DNA from: Actinomycetota bacterium
GTDB taxonomy: Bacteria > Actinomycetota > Acidimicrobiia > Acidimicrobiales > Ilumatobacteraceae
Reading direction: 5' to 3'
Assembly: GCA_005790505.1 (NCBI GenBank)
Contig: SXUP01000052.1
Span: 2,490 to 66,489 of the forward strand
DNA length: 64,000 nucleotides
The position numbers were made by a program, and so were the translations under genes. Under the pieces are notes generated by a model that had not been told where the DNA came from, searched no databases, and saw only the letters and a list, made by a program, of their open reading frames with translations. This document shows, piece by piece, positions 31,852 to 39,970 of this stretch; position 1 is the stretch's first letter, and each line of letters begins with the position of its first letter.

Positions 31852-32652
31852 ATGACCGTCTACACCACTTTGGCCACGCGAATCCGCGCCAACCAACCCG
31901 TTGCGCTTGCCACTGTCATTGACGGACCCCACATTGGTGCCACATTATTGATCAGTCCCGAGGGAATTCTCGGTGGCACACTTGGAGATAACGAACTCGA
32001 CAGAGTTGTTGCGCGCGATGCACTCGGCGAACTAGAGGCTGGACGCACCGGAATAAGACATTACGGTCCCCGAGGCGAGTCAACACCAGAAGATCTCATC
32101 GACACACCAACAGTTCGCATCTTCGTTGAAAGTTTTTCTCCTCCACCCCGAATGTGGATCTTTGGCGCAGTTGACTTCACCGCGGCCCTCGCCAAGGTGG
32201 CAAAAGTTTTGGGATACCACGTGACGGTGTGTGATGCCCGAGAAGTTTTTGCAACGCGTCGCCGTTTCCCAATGGCTGATGATGTAATAGTCTCGTGGCC
32301 AGGCGCCTTGTTTGAAAGAGAAGGTCATGTGTTGGGGCCACGTGATGCAGTCTGTATCCTCACCCACGATCCTAAGTTTGACGTACCAGCGATACAAGGT
32401 GCACTGCGCACGACCGCTGGCTATATCGGAGTCATGGGAAGTCGCAAGACACATGCCAAACGTCTTGAACGACTCACCGAAGCTGCAATCACAGATCCGC
32501 GGGATCTTGCTCGCTTGCTATCGCCGATTGGTCTTGACCTGGGAGCACGCACCCCAGAAGAGACGGCAATTGCAATTTGTGCTGAAATAATTGCCCAACG
32601 GACAGGTCGTCTTGCAACTTCTCTCAGCGCAACCACGGGTTCAATCCACTAA
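31852..32652 (+). CDS. XdhC family molybdenum-cofactor insertion chaperone (N-domain plus Rossmann-like C-domain)
   Basis: PVALATVIDGPHIGATLLISPEG...GG N-domain, then MWIFGAVDFTAALAKVAKVLGYHVTVCDAR... C-domain. Confidence 0.75.
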   Translation: MTVYTTLATRIRANQPVALATVIDGPHIGATLLISPEGILGGTLGDNELDRVVARDALGELEAGRTGIRHYGPRGESTPEDLIDTPTVRIFVESFSPPPRMWIFGAVDFTAALAKVAKVLGYHVTVCDAREVFATRRRFPMADDVIVSWPGALFEREGHVLGPRDAVCILTHDPKFDVPAIQGALRTTAGYIGVMGSRKTHAKRLERLTEAAITDPRDLARLLSPIGLDLGARTPEETAIAICAEIIAQRTGRLATSLSATTGSIH

Positions 32653-32825
32653 TGCGGGGCAATAATTTGGCAAATCCCTGACGGCGCTAACTATCAACTG
32701 AGCGCCTGAGGCTATTTTCACGACGCCCCATCGGAGACGACGGGACTGCTTCAAAGGCAATATCTCAATGAACGCGAATAGCAACGACAGATGAAAGTTC
32801 TTGCCTACATGGCAGGCTATTAGCC

Positions 32826-33395
32826 ATGCAGTCATCAAGAACTCAACTGACAGCAGTTCTATTGGCCGCCGGAGAGGGCACGAGATTTGCTGGTCCCACG
32901 CATAAATTACTCGCCCCGCTCCAAGGACTACCCCTATACGAGCATGCGTTGAGTGCTCTAATTAAATCAGGAATCGCCTCGATCGTCGTGGTGACGGGGG
33001 CTGTCAGCCTGCCTGTTCCAGCAGGCATCAACGTTGTTCATAATCCGCTCTGGCGCACTGGACAACGGTCTTCTGTGCTGGCAGCACTGCAGGCCGCCCG
33101 TGGTTCTAGTGCCGTGATTTTTGGTCTCGCCGATCAGCCCTTCATCACGAGCGAGTCGTGGCAGGCTGTTGCATCGGCAACTGGTTCGCTTGCGATGGCA
33201 ACATACAATGGGATTCGGGCTCACCCTGTGCGTTTGGGGTTTGAGTTGTGGGATGAATTTATGACCGCAACAACTGAGCCAGACGAGGGTCTGCGATCTT
33301 TCGTTAGACAGCACTCCCAAATCGTTCAGGAAGTAGTCTGTCAAGGCTCCCTTGCTGATATTGATACCTTGGAGGATCTAAAACGATGGAACTGA
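32826..33395 (+). CDS. MobA/MocA-like nucleotidyltransferase (likely molybdenum cofactor cytidylyltransferase)
   Basis: VLLAAGEGTRFAG...K, ...FGLADQPF.... 189 aa, located inside the cox-type accessory cluster. Confidence 0.7.
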   Translation: MQSSRTQLTAVLLAAGEGTRFAGPTHKLLAPLQGLPLYEHALSALIKSGIASIVVVTGAVSLPVPAGINVVHNPLWRTGQRSSVLAALQAARGSSAVIFGLADQPFITSESWQAVASATGSLAMATYNGIRAHPVRLGFELWDEFMTATTEPDEGLRSFVRQHSQIVQEVVCQGSLADIDTLEDLKRWN

Positions 33396-34012
33396 ATCAT
33401 CAATTCACTGTGCCTGTATCTGTTGACCAAGCATGGAAGATTCTCACGGATGTTGAACGCATCGCTCCTTGTTTGCCTGGTGCAGAACTTCAAGAAATTG
33501 AGGGCGAGATCTATCGAGGCATTGTCAAAGTAAAGGTTGGTCCTATTCAGGCACAATTCAAGGGCCAAGCAAGTTTTGTTGACCGAGACGATGCCGCCTA
33601 CAAGATCATTCTTAAGGGGGAAGGCCGCGATACGGGTGGCAAGGGAAACGCTTCAGCCCTCATAACAGCAGTTCTTACAGCCCAGTCCCCAACAACCACC
33701 GAATGCGTCGTCAATACCGACCTAGCGATTTCGGGCAAAGTGGCGCAATTTGGTCGTGGTGCAATGGCTGATATTAGCGACAAAATATTGGCTCAATTTG
33801 TTCAAAATCTCAATGCAATAATCGCCGACCAGCCTTCCAATGAAGACACCAAAACGCCAATCCAAAACCAAGATAGCGGACCACGCAAAATTGACGGTCC
33901 CATCGCCGCGCCCATCAACTTGTTAGAAACAGCCGGTGGCACCATCGCAAAACGAGCCGTTCCTGTTCTTGTTGTTGTTGCCGCACTTATTGTTTTTTTC
34001 GTTATCAAGTAG
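33386..34012 (+). CDS. CoxG-like SRPBCC protein with a C-terminal membrane anchor
   Basis: MELNHQFTVPVSVDQAWKILTDVERIAPCLPGAELQEIEG...KVKVGPIQAQFKG, and a hydrophobic tail VPVLVVVAALIVFFVI. Confidence 0.7.
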   Translation: MELNHQFTVPVSVDQAWKILTDVERIAPCLPGAELQEIEGEIYRGIVKVKVGPIQAQFKGQASFVDRDDAAYKIILKGEGRDTGGKGNASALITAVLTAQSPTTTECVVNTDLAISGKVAQFGRGAMADISDKILAQFVQNLNAIIADQPSNEDTKTPIQNQDSGPRKIDGPIAAPINLLETAGGTIAKRAVPVLVVVAALIVFFVIK

Positions 34013-34020
34013 TTGCCGTC

Positions 34021-34515
34021 GTGCCTGCTCGCCACGATCCTTCTCTGGCAGACAATGAACTAATTGCGACATTGCTTGGCCGTGTTCCCCAAGGTGATTT
34101 TAGTGTCGCAGTTTGGCACGATGATGGCACTCCAGTCGTCTTGCGCAATGCCCCGCTCTTGCATGACAAAACTCCGATGCCAACTTTGTATTGGTTGCTT
34201 CGGACACAAGAGGTTGCCGCCGTAAGTCGTCTTGAATCAACCGGAGTAATTGATACTGTCGAAAGTGAAATAGGTCTTGATGCAATCGCGCTGATACACG
34301 CACGTTACGAGCAAGAACGCAATGCTGACATACCAATTGACCACGACGGACCTCGACCAAGTGGTGGAGTCGGTGGCACGCGTACTGGAGTGAAGTGTCT
34401 ACACGCACACTTTGCATATTGGCTCGCTGGCGGTGACGATGCGGTTGGCGCATGGACTGCGCAACGACTCAAAGACCAAGGGATCTCGCTGACAGAGCGA
34501 ATAAAGCCAGCATGA
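34021..34515 (+). CDS. DUF501 domain protein (Rv1025-like)
   Basis: ...MPTLYWL..., GGVGGTRTGVKCLHAHFAYWLAGGDD. Conserved position upstream of ppx. GTG start. Confidence 0.65.
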   Translation: MPARHDPSLADNELIATLLGRVPQGDFSVAVWHDDGTPVVLRNAPLLHDKTPMPTLYWLLRTQEVAAVSRLESTGVIDTVESEIGLDAIALIHARYEQERNADIPIDHDGPRPSGGVGGTRTGVKCLHAHFAYWLAGGDDAVGAWTAQRLKDQGISLTERIKPA

Positions 34516-35423
34516 GCACTGCTGCCATTATTGACGTCGGTACACAGTCAACCAATCTCTTGGTAGCCACTCAACACTCAGAACTTGCTCGCATCGTGAC
34601 GGCAACTCGGCTAGGCGAAGGACTTAATTTTTCACAATCACTCAGCGATGAGGCCATGTCGCGCACAATCAATGCCATCTCATCTCATGCCGACATTGCT
34701 CGTCAACATAATTCTGACACCATCAAGATTGTTGGTACGGCGGCATGTCGCCAAGCAATAAATTGTTCCGACTTCGTTTCTCGGGTTCGCACCCAGACTG
34801 GACTTGATCTAATCGTGATCGACGGTCAGCAGGAAGCGACATATTCTTTTGTTGGCTCCCTGGTCGGATTGCCCGCAATTGACGGCACATCGCTGGTCAT
34901 TGATATTGGAGGTGGCAGCACCGAGTTCACCATTGGGCATCGGATACCCCAACAAACTGCCAGTATCAATCACGGAGCAGTTGTTGTGACCGAAAGGGAG
35001 ATACTGCATGATCCTCCTCGACCTGAAGAACTAATCAATGCAATCGGCGCCGTGCAAGACGATCTTGAAGAGGTGACACGTTCAATTCCCCAGCTACTAA
35101 CAGCCGACCGAGTAGTCGGAACTGCAGGCAGTATTGTCACGATTGCAGCCGTCGAACTAGGTCTCGTTGACTTTGATGACGGCCGCCTTCACGGGTTTGA
35201 ACTCACTCGCGAGGCTGCCGAAGATGTCTTTAGAACCCTTGCCACGGAGCGCCTCTCTGACCGAATTCACAACCCCGGTCTCCCCCCTGCTCGGGCTGAC
35301 ATTATTGTGGCAGGATGCTGCGTATTAGTAGGAATCATGCGTCGTTTACACCTCGACAGCCTCGTCGTGTCTACGCGCAATCTGCTCGACGGAGTCGCTC
35401 TCGAAGTACTCAATTCACAATGA
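34512..35423 (+). CDS. ppx: Ppx/GppA family exopolyphosphatase
   Basis: AAIIDVGTQSTNLLVA, VIDIGGGSTEF, GTAGSI. The ATG at 34512 overlaps the DUF501 stop. Confidence 0.8.
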   Translation: MSTAAIIDVGTQSTNLLVATQHSELARIVTATRLGEGLNFSQSLSDEAMSRTINAISSHADIARQHNSDTIKIVGTAACRQAINCSDFVSRVRTQTGLDLIVIDGQQEATYSFVGSLVGLPAIDGTSLVIDIGGGSTEFTIGHRIPQQTASINHGAVVVTEREILHDPPRPEELINAIGAVQDDLEEVTRSIPQLLTADRVVGTAGSIVTIAAVELGLVDFDDGRLHGFELTREAAEDVFRTLATERLSDRIHNPGLPPARADIIVAGCCVLVGIMRRLHLDSLVVSTRNLLDGVALEVLNSQ

Positions 35424-35433
35424 CCAAAAATAT

Positions 35434-36066
35434 ATGACAACAGTACATCCGTCTCGCTCCACTGAAATTGGGCCGCGCCTTTATGGGAGGCGTGTCGTTT
35501 TGAGGCCCCAAGTTGCCAGTGACTTTGCCGCATGGAGCGAAGTTCGAGTACGCAATGAAGGCTGGCTCATCAAGTGGGAACCACAGAGACTTGCCTTCCA
35601 ACTCGATTCAGCACTTGATCGCAATATGTTCGTTGCCCGCTGTGCGGCGCGGGAAAGAGAATGGCAAGCAGGTACGCAGTATTCTTTCGGTATTTTTGTG
35701 GATGGCATTTTTTGTGGTGAGATCAATTTGAATAATGTCGTACGTGGCGCACTGCAGACCGCAACAATTGGTTACTGGATTGACCAGTCCTATGCCGGAA
35801 ACAGCTACATCGCCGAAAGTGTCGTCGTCGCAGCACACTATGCATTTGAGTATCTGCATTTGCATCGTCTTGAGATTTGCATCATCCCACGCAACACAAA
35901 TAGCCATCGCGTCATGGAAAAGATCGGTATCCGCCCAGAGGGCACTGCATTGCGCTTTCTGGAAATCAATGGAATATGGGAGGACCACGTCCGTTACGGA
36001 CTCACGGCAGAAGAATGGAATTCGCGTCGCGCCGACCTCGTCACAACTTGGCTAGGAACGCGCTAA
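35434..36066 (+). CDS. GNAT N-acetyltransferase, RimJ/RimL-like
   Basis: LRPQVASDFAAWSEVR..., ...IGYWIDQSYAGNSYIAE..., HRLEICIIPRNTNSHRVMEKIG. Confidence 0.75.
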   Translation: MTTVHPSRSTEIGPRLYGRRVVLRPQVASDFAAWSEVRVRNEGWLIKWEPQRLAFQLDSALDRNMFVARCAAREREWQAGTQYSFGIFVDGIFCGEINLNNVVRGALQTATIGYWIDQSYAGNSYIAESVVVAAHYAFEYLHLHRLEICIIPRNTNSHRVMEKIGIRPEGTALRFLEINGIWEDHVRYGLTAEEWNSRRADLVTTWLGTR

Positions 36067-36070
36067 CTTT

Positions 36071-36388
36071 TTATAGTGCTTGACTAATCGCCTTCCAAGC
36101 AACCGCCCGATTGCGTCGAATTGTTTTTCTACGCTTCCAGTCTTTTGTTTTCCAATGCTTTAGCACATGACGCTTGCTTTTCTCGATTGCCACTTCTGGA
36201 TTGTGATGGTGCGCTGGTTTCCATTCCGGCCCCGGCTCAGATACATCGAGTGGCTCGACCCCATGTTGCACTGCGCTCACAACAAAATGTAGTTCACTAT
36301 GAATTCGGTGCCGCTCGTTGTGGGCATGCGCCCGTTGCTCTGCTCGTGGCATTGGAGCCACCTCTTGGCTGCGATGTCGTTGACTCAT
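36071..36388 (-). CDS. hypothetical small His-rich, strongly basic protein (105 aa)
   Basis: ATG preceded by GGGAG at 5-nt spacing. No family recognised. His-rich N-terminal half and a Lys/Arg/Trp-rich C-terminus (KHWKTKDWKRRKTIRRNR). Confidence 0.35.
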   Translation of the reverse strand: MSQRHRSQEVAPMPRAEQRAHAHNERHRIHSELHFVVSAVQHGVEPLDVSEPGPEWKPAHHHNPEVAIEKSKRHVLKHWKTKDWKRRKTIRRNRAVAWKAISQAL

Positions 36389-36519
36389 CGCTACTCCCTT
36401 CTAGAGCCCGACAAGCGAGCCCCCTAGAGATCTCCCTGAACCCGACCATACACCCCTCAGATCACTTCCTTGGTGACTGTTCAACGAGCATCAAACAATG
36501 CCTTACGGCCAATCGGACC

Positions 36520-38061
36520 CTAATCGCCAATAGAAAAAGTGTGAGTGCGAGGACTGGGGTCGTATTGCTGAGCAATGAGGACACGACAGGCCCCTGTCTT
36601 GATTGCGACAAGGCGTTGAGGTGCCTTGCGGACCTCGCATACACCCGCGCTCTCGGGCAACACCTCCCACACACTACGGGCATCGTTTTGGGTGGGAAAC
36701 AGCGAGGATGTTTTGATTGCATCTCCCACAGAAAAGGCACGTGTCATCACGGCTAATGATCGGACGGATGTTTTACCAGCACCCAATGCATTGACTGATT
36801 GCACCGAAACAGAGTACTTTCCACCATTGCGTAATCCTGAAATGCGTGTCGCTCGTTGCCCTGCTGCGAGTGACACGGTTCTTATCAAATTTCCCGCAGA
36901 ATTATAGACACGCACAATATTTTTTTGAATCTGACTAGTGCCATTGCAGGGCTTATCCCACGTAACAACTATTGACCCATCATCAGGAGTTGCGTGAACA
37001 TTTGTAGGTCTGCCTGGGACTTGCGTGGTTGTTACTCGCCTTGTGTTGATTTTCAAAAAGCGATTTGGGGTCTTAGAGTTGAGCCCTTGCACGACATTGC
37101 GTGTTGAACGATTTACAATGGCACGAGAAATCTGACTGACGCACAATCGTGGTTGCTGTTGAATAAGTAATGCGGCATATCCTGCAACTAATGGCGCCGC
37201 CATCGAGGTTCCACGGTCAAGTTGATACTCGTCGTCCTTGTTTTTCCAACTTGATTCCACCCATTCGGCTCCGTCACCACCTGGAGCAAAAATATCAACA
37301 CAAGGTCCATAATTGGAATACGTCCCAATGTGGTCAAAAATATCAGTTGCCCCAACGACGATTGACGCAGGCTCACTTGGTGGTGCAATTTTGCATGCAT
37401 CAAATGGCTTGCCAGATCCGTCTCCGTTTCCGGCGGCGGCGACCACGACAACGCCGTCATCAATTAGTTCACGCACCGCCGCGTTGAGGATAGTTCCATC
37501 TTTATCGTCAAGATCTACGCCCAAACTGAGGTTTGCGACGGCAAGTTTTCCTGACTCGTGATGCGCAATAACCCAATTAATCCCCTCTACAACTCCTGCA
37601 ATATCGCCATTACCTTCACAGTCAAGAACACGAACGCTGATAAGACGTGCAGCTTTTGCCACGCCGACAGTTGAGCCGCCAGCAATACCGGCAACATGTG
37701 TTCCGTGGCCGTCACAATCATCGCCCGGCTTTACTTTTCCTTCGTCGACGCCATCCCATGAAATATCAATTCCAGCAATCGCTCGCCCGCCAAATTGTTC
37801 GTGACTGAGACGAACACCAGTATCAAAAACGTAGATATCCACCCCCGATCCAGAAAGGGGTCCGACCTCGGTAATTCCGTCTAGGGGCAAACCAACCTGA
37901 TTTATTCGGTCTACATTCCAACCCAAGGGAGGAGGTACCGCTCCTGCGCCAGTCGACCCAAGACTCAGTGCGATACAAACCATGAAAATCAGCCAGGAGA
38001 CTTGACAGCCAAGGATTCTCCCCACTATTCTCTCAACTGTAGATACTATTTTTAATGGCAT
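36520..38061 (-). CDS. secreted subtilisin-like serine protease (peptidase S8) with an FN3 domain
   Basis: Catalytic triad contexts VDIYVFDTGV (Asp), DCDGHGTHVAG (His), GTSMAAPLVAG (Ser). N-terminal hydrophobic signal/anchor. FN3-like PGRPTNVHATPDDGSIVVTWDKP...YSVSVQSVNALG. Confidence 0.85.
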   Translation of the reverse strand: MPLKIVSTVERIVGRILGCQVSWLIFMVCIALSLGSTGAGAVPPPLGWNVDRINQVGLPLDGITEVGPLSGSGVDIYVFDTGVRLSHEQFGGRAIAGIDISWDGVDEGKVKPGDDCDGHGTHVAGIAGGSTVGVAKAARLISVRVLDCEGNGDIAGVVEGINWVIAHHESGKLAVANLSLGVDLDDKDGTILNAAVRELIDDGVVVVAAAGNGDGSGKPFDACKIAPPSEPASIVVGATDIFDHIGTYSNYGPCVDIFAPGGDGAEWVESSWKNKDDEYQLDRGTSMAAPLVAGYAALLIQQQPRLCVSQISRAIVNRSTRNVVQGLNSKTPNRFLKINTRRVTTTQVPGRPTNVHATPDDGSIVVTWDKPCNGTSQIQKNIVRVYNSAGNLIRTVSLAAGQRATRISGLRNGGKYSVSVQSVNALGAGKTSVRSLAVMTRAFSVGDAIKTSSLFPTQNDARSVWEVLPESAGVCEVRKAPQRLVAIKTGACRVLIAQQYDPSPRTHTFSIGD

Positions 38062-38107
38062 TTTAATGTTATTGTCATCTCACTTGAAATCTTACAGGAG
38101 GGTACTT

Positions 38108-39967
38108 ATGAAAATCACGGCAAAACATGTCGCTACTACTTTTGTTATATCTGCGGTCATGACAGGAATCGTTGCTGTCGCACCCGTTAGAGCAGATGGT
38201 CTTAGAAAGCAGGCCGCAACTTCTTACACGGTTACGGCTACTCTCAAAAACGCAAAAAATCTCACCATTATGATGATCGGAAAATCTGGTCGACTACTCG
38301 CCACCCAAAGCGTTCCAACATCGGGGAAGGTTTCTCTCAAGACACCAAAGATTTCAAGTATCGCAGGTGCCACACTGCATCTCGTCAACGGCAAGGCAAG
38401 CGTGAGCAAGGGCGACTATTACGGCCCCGTGCTCGTGGGATGGAAAGGATCGAGTCTCTCGTCTGCAACGCGCGTCTACACGCGTTTGAAGAAATCAACA
38501 AAAAATGCTCTTGCGCTTGGAACCATCACTGTTAAAACTGTCACAAAACAGCAAGGCTATGGCGCGGTTGCAAAGACATCATTACTTGCAGACTCCGCGA
38601 CAAAGACTCAAGTCCGCGCCGTGAAGGGCAAACCCACTGGCGTTGGCAACTACGGAAAATCATCTTCGGCAAAAGTGTCTGCGTACGGAGTTCGGACACA
38701 GGCTCCTGGTGATCCGTGTTCACCATCTGGCACATCAACATGTGGTCCAGACGGCAAAGAACTAGGTCCCCCAAGCAATCAGGTTCCAAGCAATCAGCCT
38801 CCAAGCAATCAGCCTCCAAGCAATCAGCCTGGTAGCAATCAGCCTCCAAGCAATCAGCCTGGTAGCAATCAGCCTGGCGCTGGAGAGACTGTTGAAGATG
38901 ACAAGTTGCTGGGCGGAGACGCTGATGACGACGGACTCCCCAATGCCTTTGATGTCAATGATGATGGCGACACAAAAACAGACTCCGCCGACTCAAGTAC
39001 ACCAGCACCAAAAGTAACTGGCGACGAGAGCGGGACTTGTGCGGCAGTCGACTTTAAGATCTTCACCAACTTCAAAGCAACGCAGCCCGGTTTTGCAGGC
39101 ACCATCAATGCATACGGAACTGGTGCGTTTTTGGCAGACGCAACCACTATTCCAAAAGCCATCGGAAATACAATGAGCATGGTGTTCTCGCCAATCACGA
39201 GTGTTTGTGGCTCAAACGTGACAAAGTCTGAACTCAAGGGTATTGGTGTTCCATATGCACCAGCCGAATACGTTTCGCTGGGTGATAAATGTAATACCGG
39301 CGATTACCAATGGACAATCGGAGACGGCAAAATGTGCAGCTCGAGAAAATTTTCAGATAGCTACACATTCTCACTTGCTGACTTGCCATCCGGTCAAGAC
39401 ACATTTTCGATGCGTGTCACGACTGCTGATGAAAAGCAGTACGAATTCACGGCGAGTGCTGGATTTGTTTTTGTCACACAACCAATGTTGCTTAGCTACC
39501 AAGCAGGCGAGACGAAAGGATCGATTGATTACTCCAAAGGCACAACAGGTCCTGACGGAATAGCAGTCAACGCGCCCGCTATATCGCTGAAGCAAACCGA
39601 CAAACTTAAATTGTCTTTCTACCGACCACAACGTCTCGCTATCGACGGTGAGTCTGGCTTTGGAGAAAAAGAACCCGCGTTCTACGACCTCGGCGGATTC
39701 ACCTACCTACCCCAGCTTCCCAATATTGCAAACATTGGTCAATGCGACTCACTTAAGGCGATTGACGAGGTGATGACCGTAGACACTCGAAGTGACACCG
39801 CTGTCAAGCCAACAATGGAACTGGAATGGGATTTCTACACCAAGTGTTTCGTGCCCAAGTCCGCCACGTGGGTCACTGGAGACTGGCAGGGTGGTGTTGA
39901 CATCACCGTTTCTCCTCCTGGTCCAGGCGGAAACTCTGGACAGAAATTATTCGTTAAAGGAACCTGA
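38108..39967 (+). CDS. secreted repeat protein (signal peptide, PSNQP tandem repeats, Asp-rich Ca-binding-type motifs, Cys-containing C-terminal domain)
   Basis: RBS ggaggg is followed by the ATG at 38108. Signal peptide MKITAKHVATTFVISAVMTGIVAVAPVRA. 7 x (P/G)SNQP. DADDDGLPNAFDVNDDGDTKTD resembles thrombospondin-type-3/dockerin-like motifs. 8 Cys in the last ~330 aa. No sortase signal. Confidence 0.7.
   Translation: MKITAKHVATTFVISAVMTGIVAVAPVRADGLRKQAATSYTVTATLKNAKNLTIMMIGKSGRLLATQSVPTSGKVSLKTPKISSIAGATLHLVNGKASVSKGDYYGPVLVGWKGSSLSSATRVYTRLKKSTKNALALGTITVKTVTKQQGYGAVAKTSLLADSATKTQVRAVKGKPTGVGNYGKSSSAKVSAYGVRTQAPGDPCSPSGTSTCGPDGKELGPPSNQVPSNQPPSNQPPSNQPGSNQPPSNQPGSNQPGAGETVEDDKLLGGDADDDGLPNAFDVNDDGDTKTDSADSSTPAPKVTGDESGTCAAVDFKIFTNFKATQPGFAGTINAYGTGAFLADATTIPKAIGNTMSMVFSPITSVCGSNVTKSELKGIGVPYAPAEYVSLGDKCNTGDYQWTIGDGKMCSSRKFSDSYTFSLADLPSGQDTFSMRVTTADEKQYEFTASAGFVFVTQPMLLSYQAGETKGSIDYSKGTTGPDGIAVNAPAISLKQTDKLKLSFYRPQRLAIDGESGFGEKEPAFYDLGGFTYLPQLPNIANIGQCDSLKAIDEVMTVDTRSDTAVKPTMELEWDFYTKCFVPKSATWVTGDWQGGVDITVSPPGPGGNSGQKLFVKGT
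38771..38875 (+). repeat. in-frame 15-bp tandem repeat, 7 copies (consensus CCAAGCAATCAGCCT encoding PSNQP; variants GGTAGC..., ...CAGGTT)
   Basis: Read directly: ccaagcaatcaggtt / ccaagcaatcagcct x3 / ggtagcaatcagcct / ccaagcaatcagcct / ggtagcaatcagcct. Confidence 0.9.
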
Positions 39968-39970
39968 CAA

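Noticed and set aside
32641-32838. A 65-aa minus-strand ORF in the xdhC-mocA spacer.
   Set aside because: It is antisense within a plus-strand gene string, overlaps both flanking genes' ends, and shows no RBS or recognisable features. The spacer is reported as a possible RNA or regulatory region instead.
36121-36756. A 211-aa plus-strand ORF spanning the gap between the small basic ORF and the protease 3' end.
   Set aside because: It overlaps both minus-strand genes, has a Cys/His/Arg-rich random-looking composition, and has no RBS or motif.
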